This document shows, piece by piece, positions 1-12,200 of a DNA stretch of 64,000 nt. Position numbers and translations under genes: made by a program. The notes under the pieces were generated by a model, which saw only the letters and a program-made list of their open reading frames with translations, searched no databases and was not told the DNA's origin. The stretch is from Lepidodermella squamata (Eukaryota; Animalia; Gastrotricha): NCBI GenBank assembly GCA_047495785.1, contig JBLDXI010000002.1, forward strand, positions 2,728,001 through 2,792,000, read 5' to 3'. Each line of letters begins with the position of its first letter. Position 1 is the first letter of the stretch.

Positions 1-1
1 T

Positions 2-3000
2 GATCAGGTCGCTGCGGCGCCTAAAGCTGAGCCCGAATCCTCGACTGCAACAACAACAGCAGCAGCCCCCGCGTCTCAAAACGGCCCGAAACCACCAGCG
101 CCCAAGTACCCGTTGCAGAAGAAAACGTTCCGGCCCGACGAACTGCGGCAGTACTTGTTACCCTCCCTCGAAAAGCTGTTCCGGCAGCCCGAGTCGGAAG
201 CGTTCCGGCAACCGGTCGACGCGATCGCTCTCGGCATTCCCGACTACCACGACGTGGTGAAACACCCGATGGACTTGTCGACGATAAAAACGAAGCTCGA
301 CACAGGTCGCTACGCCGACCCGTGGGAGTTCTGCGACGACGTGTGGCTGATGTTCGAAAACGCGTGGTTGTACAACAAGCGGACGTCGCGCGTGTATCGG
401 CACTGTTCGAAACTTGCCGAAGTGTTCGAAGGTGATATCGACCCGGTCATGCAATCGCTCGGCTACTGCTGTGGCCGGAAACACGCTTTCGTGCCACAGG
501 CGTTGTGCTGCCAGGGCAAGCCGTTGTGCGCGATCCCGCGCGACGCCGTCTACTACCACTTCGAGATGAAGTACCTCTTTTGCGACAAGTGTTTCCAGGA
601 GCAGAAGAACGACGAGGTGGAGGTGTTGGACGAACAGACGCAGGAGCAGCGGCGCATTGCCAAGTCGCTGTTCAAGCAGGACAAGAACAACCACATCGAG
701 TACGAGCCCATCATCGACTGCACACGGTGTGGCAGGCGGTTCCACCGCATCTGCGCGCTCTACATCGGCCCGGGCGCCATGACCGGTGACTGCGACGACT
801 TCGAATGCGAAGGCTGTATGCGAGCGAGAAACGCCCCGAAACGAGAATACAAATATACCTCTAAAAGTGAGTTCATTCGACTTGTTTTTTAAACTGGATT
901 TTTTCAAATTTCTTCGTGATCACTAATACCGAAAAATGAATACTAAAAACTGGCACTAGGCTACAAAATTCTCTATACAATTTTATTAAGGAGGACTTTT
1001 TATTTTCATTATTTCTTCTATTTTCTCTGGGCTATGCCTCTTGAACTCATCTAAACGGGCTCCCGTGGATTTGGCACCCCATATTTAGGATTCACTTTTG
1101 GTCTAATTTTATCTGTAAATGAACACTCGTTTAAATTATTGTGTTTTTCTTAATTTCAGAGCTTCCGCAAAACAGGCTGAGCAAACACATCGAAGATCGA
1201 GTCAATCAATTTTTGCGCGAGCAAAAGTCGACGCACGCGCCCATCACGCTGCGGGTTCTCTCGTCGATGGACAAGTACGTCGAGGTGAAGAGCGGCATGC
1301 GGACGCGGTACCCCGACGCGCTGCCGCCGCAGATCAAGTACCGGTCGAAGGCGATGTTCGCCTTCCAAGAGATCAACGGCGTCGAAGTCATGTTCTTCGG
1401 CATGCACGTGCAGGAGTACGACCACGACGCGCCGCCGTGCAATCAGCGCCGCGTCTACATCTCCTACCTCGACTCGGTCAAGTTTTTCCAGCCGCACCAG
1501 CTGCGGACAGACGTGTACCACAAAATCCTGATCGCGTACCTCGAGTACGTCCGCGAACTCGGCTACGTGTGGGGCCACATCTGGGCGTGTCCGCCCGGCG
1601 AAGGCGACGACTACATCTTTCACTGCCACCCGCCGGACCAGAAGATCCCGAAGCCGAAACGGCTGCAGGAGTGGTACAAGCGCATGCTGGATAAGGCTGT
1701 GCAAGAAAAGGTCATCCTCGAGTACCGCGACATCTTCCACTGGTGTAACGAGAAGGGCGTGAAGAACCCGTACGAAATCGCGTACTTCGAAGGCGACTAC
1801 TGGCCGAACATTCTCGAAGAAACCGTTCGAGAACTCGAAACCGAAGAGCGGAAACGGCAGGAGGAGCAGGAGAAACTGCAAGCCCTGGCCGGGTCTGACT
1901 CGGACGGCGATGACGACTCGCAGGAGGCGGTGCAGGGTCCGAAAGTCAAGAAAACAAAACTCGTGAAAACAAAATCGAAAAAGAAGACGATGGGCGCGTC
2001 GCGGAAACCGGCGAGACGCTGCGGCTTCTCGTCCGGGTCTTTCGAGGCGGAGCTGTGGAAACGGACGTACGAGTTGATGGACCGCATCAAAGACATGTTT
2101 TTCGTCATTCGAATGCAACCCGAATCGGTGATCCCGACCCTCGGCCCTATTGTTGACCCTGATACAAATATGACCCAATGTGATTTGATGGATGGTCGTG
2201 ATACTTTTCTATCGACGTGTCGTGAGAAGCACTACGAATTCTACTCGCTGCGGCGGGCGAAGTATTCGACAGTGGCGACGCTGTACGACTTGTTCACCTC
2301 GGGCGACTCGTCGCTGCAGTCGTTGACGTGCAACTCGTGCTCGCGGCAAATCTCCGGCGACCAGGGCTACCACTGCAACTCGTGTGCCGACTTCGATTTG
2401 TGCATACCGTGTTACGAGAAAGAGCGGCATCCGCACGAGATGACTCGAATCTCGGACGCGGCTAGCCAGTCGCAGGGTGCGAACGGCGCCAACGGAGCTG
2501 GTGGCCAGTCGAGCGAAGACCGGCTGGCGGCGAACCGGAGGCGGGAGGCGCATCTCCAGGCGTTCGTTCAACGGCTCGAACACGCGGTGTCGTGTCTGAA
2601 CGCGAACTGCTCTCGTGAGTGTCTGCAGATGAAGCACTGCGTCGCCCATGTCCGCAACTGCCGGCTGCGGCAGCAGCCACCGAACGCGACCTGCCGGCCG
2701 TGCACCCAGCTCATCTGCATCGCCATCCACCACGCTCGTCACTGCGTGAAACCCCGCTGCCAGGTGCCCTTCTGCCTGCACATGCGGTACAAGTGGCGGC
2801 AACAGGAGTCTGCGACCGTGCAGCGGCGTATGGCCATCATGCGGAATGGTTTGATGCCGAACGGAGCGTCGACCGCGGCGCCGAGTTCGTCCGCCCCGGA
2901 CCAACCGCCCGGGTCGAACGCGCCACCCCCGCCCAACACCTCGTCCACCCCGCCTGCGCCCACTCCGCAGCAACATCAGCCGCAGCAGCCGCAACAACAC

Positions 3001-4344
3001 CAGCCTCAGGCGTACCATGGCGGCAAGGGATCATCGGGTCCTATGTCACAACAGGCTCCGATGACCCCACAGGCCATGACCCCGCTGCCGTTCCGGCCGG
3101 ACTCGGTCATCTCGGTGGCGCCGTCACCCGCGCCTCAGCAGCAACAGGTCCAGCAGGTGCAACAAGGACCGCCCCCGAACCAAACTCCATTCGCTGCGCA
3201 GCAACCTGGTCTGATGCCGCCCAGTCAACAACAGCAGCAGCAGCAAATGATGATGCAGCAGGGTATGGTACAGCGGCAGGTGCAGCAGCAGCAAATGATG
3301 CAGCCGCAACAGCAGCATCAGCCGCACGAAGTCGCTAACCAGGTGAGGATGTACGCTGAGCAGCAACAACAGCAGCAACGGCCCCCGCCGCAGATGATGG
3401 GCGGGCACCCGGGCCAGCCTCAGCAGTACCAGCGCGTCATGGCGGATCCGATGACTCCGAACATGGGTCCGTCGGGCGTGTCTTCCCCACCCACGCTCAC
3501 ATCGCCGTTGCCGCAGCTCACCCAGGCGCAGTTCGAGCGCATGGGCCAGGGTCAGCCGGGTAACATGGTCGTGCGGCAAATGCCGCAGCAAATGATGATG
3601 CAGCCCGGTCAGCCGAGGCCGCAGATGCAAGGCCAACCGCAGCAGCAGATGATGCAGGGCCAGCGCGACCCGAACCAGCCTATGTACCACCAGGGCGGGC
3701 CGATGGGTCAGCCGCAGGGCCAACCCGGTCAGATGCGAATGGGCCCAGGCATGCAGATGCAAATGCAGGGCGATCCGAACCAGCAGCAACAACAACAGCA
3801 GCAAATGATGATGCACCAGCAAATGAGCATGCAACAACAGGTAAAAAAATAATCCTCCTTAAATCAAGGTTTTTCCGAAAATTCGAATAATCCTCCTTAA
3901 CATTTCTCTTCCTGATTTATTATGAATTTTCTAATATTTTCCTGTCTCTTTCGATAGGGTCGACCGATGTATGTGAATCAAGCACCTATGATGCGGCCTG
4001 GCGGGCCAAATCCGATGGGTCAAATGGTGCACCCGAGTCAGCAGCAGCAAATGCAGGCGCGGTTCATGAATCCGGGCCAGCCGCAGCAGTACGCGCCTCA
4101 GCAAATGCGGCCGCAGCAAATGTACGGTGGACCGCAGGGTCAGATGCAGCAGCAACAGCAGAACGCGTTGCGATCGCCGCCCGGCGCCGGGCTCTCGCAG
4201 GTGCAGTCGCCGCCGCCCGTCGGCATGATGATGGGGGGACACCCGGGCATGGGTGGCCCTGGCGACTACGGCCAGCACATGCAACAGCAGCAGCAGCAGG
4301 ACCCGAACCAGCAGAACCAGTTCGGCCAGATGCCGCCGCGGTAG
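2..4344 (+). CDS. CREBBP/EP300: CBP/p300 histone acetyltransferase, 3' part (bromodomain, RING/PHD, HAT, ZZ, TAZ2, Q-rich tail); exons <2-866, 1160-3840, 3958-4344
   Basis: Bromodomain (FRQPVDAIALGIPDY...PMDLSTIK...WLMFENAWLYN), HAT motifs (RRVYISYLDSV, HIWACPPGEGDDYIFHCHP, KPKRLQEWY), ZZ (CNSCADFDLCIPCY) and TAZ2. GT-AG introns 867-1159 and 3841-3957 keep the frame. The frame is open to the left edge. Confidence 0.97.
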
Positions 4345-5050
4345 TCTCTCGTGTACAGCAGCCGTGTAGCAACAGCCCCACCCTTCCTCCGTACGACACC
4401 CTCGTTTTTCTATCATCAAGTTCTTGAAATGTGATATGCTGTTATGATAATAATATTATATTCTCGGCTGGCGGCGCCGTTCGCTACTTTTCAGATGTCG
4501 TGCGTCGACGTATTAGTTTATTATTGTTTTCGTCTCCGGCCGCTGCTACTTCTACTACGATATCGTATCATTCATTCATTTGAGTGAGGTGCTCTTCTTC
4601 TTCTCTATATCTGTTCTGTTTTAGCCGGAGCAGGCCGTTTTACCGACTCGATGACTGTTATTATTATATTATTCTTATGATGATGATGATAATTAAAGTA
4701 ATAAATTAACCTCTGTTGTGTTTGCTATCGATTTCGCTCGCTGATCGACGCAGATCGATCAATATGATGGAAAAACAACACACTTTTGAACACAGACACA
4801 CACATGAGCACTTTCTCTATATATCTTTCGTTTCACGTTGTTTCGTGTGCCGCGGGATGAATGATGATGATGATGTCGAACAAAAATTGTAACAAAATTT
4901 CGCCGCCGAACCTGCTGATAAACGGCTTCATCTTTCTTTTTTTGGTTTCGTTGTCAGGCCTCGCGCCTTAAAACAACCGCCAACGTCGTCGTAATCCGCG
5001 CCTCCTCCCCTCACCCACCTTATCTTATTCGAAATGTACAATAATCAAGC

Positions 5051-5070
5051 GTGTGTGTGTGTGTGTGTGT
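5051..5070. repeat. (GT)n microsatellite downstream of CBP; a (CA)n tract also lies at ~5549-5567
   Basis: Directly visible dinucleotide runs. Confidence 0.9.
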
Positions 5071-6817
5071 CACGTCCCTTCAATTTTTGTGTGCTCGAGT
5101 GATGATTGCACACCTAGTTGTTATTGTACCGCATATTCATCGTTATTCCTATTATTATTTATCACCAGATAATATAAAATCCTCTATGCGCATCTGTGTA
5201 AAAAAATTAACTTCTAACCTATTGTTACTCGCGCTCGAATCGGTGGACACGTGATGATTGTATACAGAACTATTATTAACGAATATTGTAAAAAGCGAGG
5301 AGGCGCACCAAAAATATTCTGCATAGTAATAATAATGATAGTTTGTCATATGAAAAACGTTATCGTATTCCTATCTTGAACGCTCGTGTCTTTGTCTTTG
5401 GTATTACGCCGGAAAATCTTGCGTTTTGTACATATATAAACATCAGTCGGTCGATGATTTTTCGGCGCGTGTCCATGGCCGCCACCTTAACAGCCCCGTC
5501 AGCATTTCCATGTCATCGAGCGCGTGTCCCTTTTTTGCACCTACAAAACACACACACACACACACACGGAGGAGAAGTAGCAGCATTTATTAATATTATT
5601 GATGAAATTTCGTGAAAAAACTATCTTTATGAGGATGATTGTAAAAAAGCAACACAATAAAGGTGACGATTGCTTGTGACGGACGATGCTGGCGAACGCC
5701 TTTTGTAACGCCTCGATTTACGCTATCTATATATTTAGTAGATCATCAGACCGCATATATTTGCTGACTATCTCTTAAATATCTCACCGGGCCGGCAGTC
5801 GCATTGGGGCGGTGTACAGAGGGAGACCGATCACCTGTATCAGCGACGATGGATATTATTGATATGCATGTCGATGCTCTTTGATGGATGAATCATCTGT
5901 GTCCGGCGTTTCTTTATATAACTATCGAGGATGATATATGCCTTCTTTGTTCTGCGTTTGTTCGTGTCGTCGCCCGGCGTTTTTGAAGCGGCCGGCCACG
6001 CGCAAGCGCTCGCGCCCTTGCTGTCCTATATATAAATATATATGAATATAAATTTATGTGTCACGGCGCGATGTGAAAACAAATTTTTTGATGCGATAGA
6101 TGATGATAGAAAATTAATAATAGAAATTAATGCGAGCAGCTGGAGGACAGCTGGCTACTTTTTGCCTCTGATATGTTTGACGATGGATGACGACGCAAAT
6201 GTTTGTTATATTATTAATTACAAGTAAAAAGTGCTTTTGTCTTCTAATTGCGAGTGTTTTTTCACCTGGGCTTACTACAAGGTAAAAAGAGCTGATAATC
6301 CTGAATGAGTCGATGACGGAGTTCAAAGATGAGCAAGAGTTACTGAAAGGGGTACACTAATGATGATAACATGTTCGGAAAATCTTCCAGCTTGCAATTA
6401 TGGAGAGTCGATATTCAGAAGTTGACAAAAGTATGATTATATTTCATTCGAAAAAAAATCGATTTTTGGGATTTTTAGCTGAGGCGATTTTCAAGAAGAC
6501 ACACGAGGTAAAAATATGTGTTAGAAACAATTGGATAAACTAGGTATGGGGCCTAGATACTAGATAGAAGAGATTGGTTGAAATTTGAATAGCTATAAAT
6601 CTGTAGAAATAGCAGCGAATTGAACTTTCCGGGTCATTTTCCGAGAGTTTGTGGAGACCAAAAGACTTGACAAGCCTTATCTAGGACGAATTATTCTAGG
6701 ATGAAACTGAAAGCCCTGAAACGAGCATGAGCTGAATCGTTTTTCGAGAAGAGCCCAGCAAGACGCAGAATTTTATTATTTCAATTCGAAAGGCTATTGA
6801 TGGGGTGGCAAGCGTTC

Positions 6818-6873
6818 CTATACCATATACCATATAGGCATATATAGGCCTATACCATATAGGCATCCTATGC
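6818..6873. repeat. Short degenerate repeat/palindrome cluster (CCTATACCATAT / ATATAGG units)
   Basis: Repeated cctataccatata and atataggc words. Confidence 0.6.
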
Positions 6874-7188
6874 ACATTGGACAGGTCAGGCGCGAAATAG
6901 AAGTAGAATGAAAAGCGTAAGTTCCGTCAAATGCATAGGATTCGAAGAAATCATATGAAGAACGGGGCAAGCGATTCCGGACCTTTTTTGAGCATCAAAC
7001 GATTGCTTCGCCAGCAGATTTCAATGCGCAATATCTCAATTTTATTTGACAAATAAGTGTGAATAAGGCCCGGAGTCAGATGCCACGTTTCATGAGGCAT
7101 ATCTGCCTCGTTTCAAAATTGTATTGGCCTAGTTCGAGCGTGCGACTACATTATCCATCCATACGGTGTTGGAATAACATAGCGTTTT

Positions 7189-7338
7189 GGGACTACTCCA
7201 AACAGCCAAGGAAAAACGATAAAGACGAAAACAGCCAAAAACAGCTAAAAAATTCGATTGTTCTCGTTGCGCAACACTCGAAAAGTTTGGCTGTTATGGT
7301 GCCTTCTATTTTATTGTCATTTGTTTTGGAGTAGTCCC
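7189..7338. mobile_element. 150-bp MITE with 14-bp TIRs (GGGACTACTCCAAA) and 8-bp TSD (AGCGTTTT)
   Basis: TIRs at 7189-7202 and 7325-7338; identical agcgtttt at 7181-7188 and 7339-7346; internal aacagccaa/ttggctgtt inverted sub-repeats. Confidence 0.85.
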
Positions 7339-8463
7339 AGCGTTTTGCGTGGGTAAGGAAATTCTGCTCTTAAAATCTGATAACCGAGCGGAAAGGGTCG
7401 CAGAATTTACAGTGTTCGAAGCTATTAAATAAGGGAATGGGTTGAAATAGATTTAGTTTTTCACAGCAAAGAAAAAAATCAGCGCGCGGCACGAGCGGAT
7501 ATTGTTTGGGCCAAGGTATTGTGATCACTTATCACAGTGAAAAAAGAGCGCATCGGTAAAAATTTAGCGAAAAGCTACAATCTACTCGTAAAATTAAAAA
7601 CAATAAATGTGACGATCTTGCCGGCGAGATTATAGATTCACATGCATCTTGCGGAACTTTTTGACATGGCATGGCATTAAAATTTGATTGTTTCACGATA
7701 AAAATTGTGAAAATGATGTATGAACTTACGTCTTCAATGATAACTGGAGGTATCGGCTAGCCATCGGCTGTCGGCTGGATATTCGAGAATGATTCAACCA
7801 GGCGATTCATTGATGTTTGGCTTCGAAATTGAAGCTCATTTTTCTGTGAGATGAAAAGCTAGTGCTAAAAATAAAAACAGTGGCCGCATTTTTTGTGTGA
7901 AAGGATGACGCAACCACAGAAAAATGGGGCCGAATTATTCATTTTGGATAAGCACTCTCAACTTTCTCAGGTTATAGCTGCGATTTTCGAAGTTGTCATG
8001 CGAAAAGTTCTTCTATCACGAAACCAATTAATTTGTCGCATATTAGCGAGAAATCGAATTTCATCGCCATATTTTCGATGCTATTTTGCTTTTTCGAAAA
8101 TTCACGACATCGCTGGCCCATTCGCGTGCGACAGCAGCATGTGGCTGAAAAAATCTACGAACCCGACCGAAAATTGGCTTTTCCCCAGGCTCGTGCGTTA
8201 GCGAACAAGTTTGGCTGAAAAAAGCAAGTCATGTAAATAAAATAAAAGAATCCCTCTTTTCAAGCCATGTCTGGTTTCTAGAGTGGATTGGTTTTATTTT
8301 TACCTAATTTTAGACTTGATAACGAGGTGAAATTTAGAGCTTTCGTCAACCCAAGTTGCTCATAGGGCAGGTACCTTAGCCACTTCGGCCTTGCAGCTTT
8401 GTAGTGCCGAACCGTAAAAGCAAAGGGTTTCTTGCATAAAATTCCCTGTTTTTCCCGGGCATA

Positions 8464-8507
8464 CGAATGGCGTCGAATGGTGTAGAATGGTGTAGAATGG
8501 TGTCGAA
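8464..8507. repeat. 10-bp tandem repeat (GAATGGTGTA-like) x4
   Basis: cgaatggcgt cgaatggtgt agaatggtgt agaatggtgt cgaa. Confidence 0.85.
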
Positions 8508-9204
8508 GTCAGAAGGCGATTGGGACAATTAACAAAGGATCATTTTGGCATGAAAAATGGTTTTAGCAGGTATAACAATTTACGGAAAAATTTGGAAAAA
8601 AACGTGTGCGGCTTAAACTTGATCCTCAATCTGCTGCGAATCTGCAACTTGATAAAAAATCGTAAAAAAAACACGTTAAGTTAGATTTATCGTCAAACTT
8701 TATTTCATTTTCTCAGCATCAATTTTCTTGTGATGAAATTATAATTAATTGATAAGTATAATATTATTATATTCAATTTTACAGCAACTATATTTTATCG
8801 CTATGGTCATCAATACGTTATCAGACTCATTCATTCATTCAGTACTTGCAATTCCTCAAGCATCGCAACCAGTAAAACACGCAAAGTAAAAGAAGAAGAA
8901 GAAGAGAACAAAACTTGAAAGCAGGAATCTGTTTCGTAAACACACACGATGGTTGGAGAGGAGCTGACTCACACACAGATTTGCACCATTTTACGGCTTT
9001 TGGAAACGGCAGGTAGACTCGTCATCAGAATTCAGGTGCATGGAAAACCAGTCAAGTAGTAAATCGACCACGGAAGCTGCAGTATCGGGTAATAAAAACG
9101 ACGACGTTCAACTCATTTCGGGCAAGTTGATGAACAGCAACAACAACAACAACGAGTTGCAAAAATAGGTTTGTGTATGAAATAGCGGCGAGAAAGACGG
9201 GGGG

Positions 9205-12200
9205 TTAGTCGACGGTGACGACCGTGCCCGAGCCCGATGTCGACGACGAGTTGACGACGGCCGAGTGCAGCTGGCTGAAAACGTCGCTCTGCTGCTGCGC
9301 GATGAGCACCAACTCGGCGATTTCGTGCGACTCGAATAGAGCCTGGCCGAACGAGTTGACGAAGGCGGCCAGGTCAGCCAGGTCGCTGTCGCTGATCGCC
9401 GTGAGGAGCATTTTCGACGACAAGGCGCCGGCGATGCGCTGCCGCAGGCTGTCGATCACGTCCCGCACGTCGTCCAGCTTTTCGACCGCCATCCGCCACT
9501 CGCGGCTTCGCGAGGTCGAGGGGGCGAGGCGAGCGGCCCTACTCGCGACTCGCACCGCTAGTAACGCACCCATTTCGAGTTCGTCGAGCCGTGATTTCAA
9601 CCTGTCGAGGGCCTCGTCGTCGATATCACTCAACTGCGCCGAGAGTTGTTGGTCGAGAAGGACTCGCCGTTGCGATTTCAGCGCCGCCAACTCGTTTTCT
9701 ATTCGAGATTGTTCGGCCTGTAACGCCGCGAGTTTTCGGCCCAGGGCTAGCCGAGCCGCCGCGAGCATTTCCCGCAGATCGCTTGGGGGCGATGACGATG
9801 ACAGATCGTCGTCGGTCAGCGCTTCAGACGAGGCCTGAGAACTTCGCATCGGGGGCGAATTCATGCCAGATGACGAGGTAACAGCCGCTACTTGGTAAAG
9901 GTATTGGCCGACAGAAGAGGCGCTCAACATCATAATGCTTGTCTCAACTTCCTAAAATTGGAAAGAAATTAAAAAATTAGATTAAAACTTGAAATACACA
10001 AATATTCACAATTTTTTAAATTTTATGAAAAATCGCAATAATTCTAGAAAAAGCGACAAAATTCAGCGTAAATTTGATCTTCAATTTGGGTCTCGATACT
10101 TCCTAAACATGCAGCCATTTTGGTAGAATTTTTAAATTTGGTTAAGGTGATATATAATTTTACGAAGTCGAAAATGCTTTAGAATTCATAAAATTGTTGG
10201 AAAAAAAGTAAAAAAAATCCAGCTTAAAATTTAGACAAAATGACAGATTATTCGGATTGAAATCAAACAATTTTTGAATTTTAATTGGTCAACAAAAAAT
10301 AAAAAATCCTCCTTAAAATATTTTTAAATTATTTTTTTATTTCAATTAAATCTACTCACCGGTGCTGAAGGGACCTCTCGCATGAGCGATTGAATGAGGG
10401 TATCACATCTCAACTCTTCATTAGTCGGCGTCCTTTGCCGCGTGTAGAGACTGATCTGAACCTGTTGTGATTTTCCAAGGCAGCCACTGCCGGTTGTAAC
10501 GACTGAAACAGCCGCGCTGGTCGGGCCAGAAGCAGCTGAATTCAGGCTATTAGTGCCGGTGGAACGGGCCGACGCGTTGCCACGCCGTCCCGATGAAGAT
10601 GATGAGTGCGAGGCGCCGGGGCTGAGCTCGGCGAAGGCGCTGTCGCCGTCCTCCATCGGCTCCATGATGCAGCCATCGATGAGCGTCGTAATGACCGGAC
10701 TCGAGGCCGACGTAGCCGACGACGGCTGATGCTGCTGATCACCGACCTTCGTCGAGTCGTCGGCTAACGTGTCGATATCGCAGAAGTAGCTATGAGCAGC
10801 CGAGTTGTTGTTTGATTTCGCGATTTGCGGCTGGCCGGAGGGCGACGGCCGCCGCTGAATACCGAGCTTCGAAGAGGACGACGAGTTCTCCTTCACGTCA
10901 CTACTGGGCGTCGAAGGAGGTGAGATCGAAACCCTGTTGTAAAAAACCGAAAAAATCATTAGCAATCAAGTGAAATTCATGGCTATAAATACAAGCGCGC
11001 TATTTCAACAGCACTAGCTGCGCGTAAAAAATCAGTGACCAAAAATATGATGTCAAGTGTTGAAGGAAAATTAAGCAGTAAAACACACAACAATTGTTGT
11101 AATATAAACCCGTGAATCGATATATATAAGCGACCGCAAATATTCTTGGCTCTATAGGTCGTAAAATTTCTTTGCAACACTGATCACACACGAACTAAAT
11201 AATGATGATGACTGGCTAAAACAGAAGCTACTATGGTAGAAAAGTAGTAAACTGAAAGCAATTTCTTCGGGAAGTCGGGCACACGGAGGTGGTATCTCGA
11301 AGCCGGCTCTAAGGTGGTTACCTGCTGCTGTTACTATTGCCAGCGACGTCCGAGTTGGCCCTGACGAGCAGGCGCCGGTAGAAGCGTCTAAAGGTTATTA
11401 TCAATCGCTCATTTATATCAACAAATGCAAATCACACCCAGAACGGGGATGGGGTTTCGTGTTAAAAAATCAAGGTAAAAATCAAGACAGGGGTAGTTGG
11501 CACTAGGAAGGTTGAAAAAAACTTACGAGATGGTGGCAGATCCTGGGTGCAGGTCACCCTGCGGTGGCAGCTGTACGCTGACGATAGACTCGTCGCCACA
11601 GCAGCCGGTCTGAGTGGCCGGGCCGTCGTGAACGACCTCGACGACTTTACGCGGCGTCGTTTTCTGCGGCAGTTCCGGCGCCGGTTCGCGGTCGCTGGGC
11701 GCAGGCGCCAGCAACGGGGCGATGAGCGCGACCTGGCGAGGGTGGTCTGCCCTGGGCGGTCGAGGTTTGTCTGCGAGAAGAGGCGCCCGGGCATTGCTAG
11801 CCGAATCGGTGGGTTTGCTCCCGCCGGTTGCGGGACTGGTCAACGACCGCGACTGGCAGCGCAACTGGTCGGCGTAGTCGGCATCGTCGACCGCCGAACC
11901 GCGCAGTTCGGCCGGCGGTTCTTCGACCGACGACGCCGCTGCGATGTAACCACGAATTTCCTCGATGGCATAGCGCCGCGGAGGAAGCTGCGGCGGCGCA
12001 TCTGATGCCGGGTTTGCATCGGATGCTGACCAGGCGAGTGGCCGCCGTTGCTGCATATCAAGCAGGCCGATGGCGGGCGAGGAGCGCGAGGATAGCGAGT
12101 ACGAGCCGGTTGGAGGCGGGTGGGGTTGTAATGGCGGCGCTGTCTCGGCGACCGGCGACGTGGCCGTCGAGCCGTGGTCGCGGTGGTAAAGCTGATGATT

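Noticed and set aside
3841-3957. U12-type intron suggested by TCCTTAAC
   Set aside because: The donor is GTAAAA, not RTATCCTT, and the same motif occurs antisense in other introns.
158-4419. Long antisense and alternate-frame ORFs over CBP (and similarly over Shroom and MTMR exons)
   Set aside because: Shadows of GC-rich coding sequence with no recognisable domains.
8340-8420. tRNA or tRNA-derived SINE on the minus strand (GGCCGAAGTGGCTAAGG)
   Set aside because: A-box-like only; no B box or cloverleaf.
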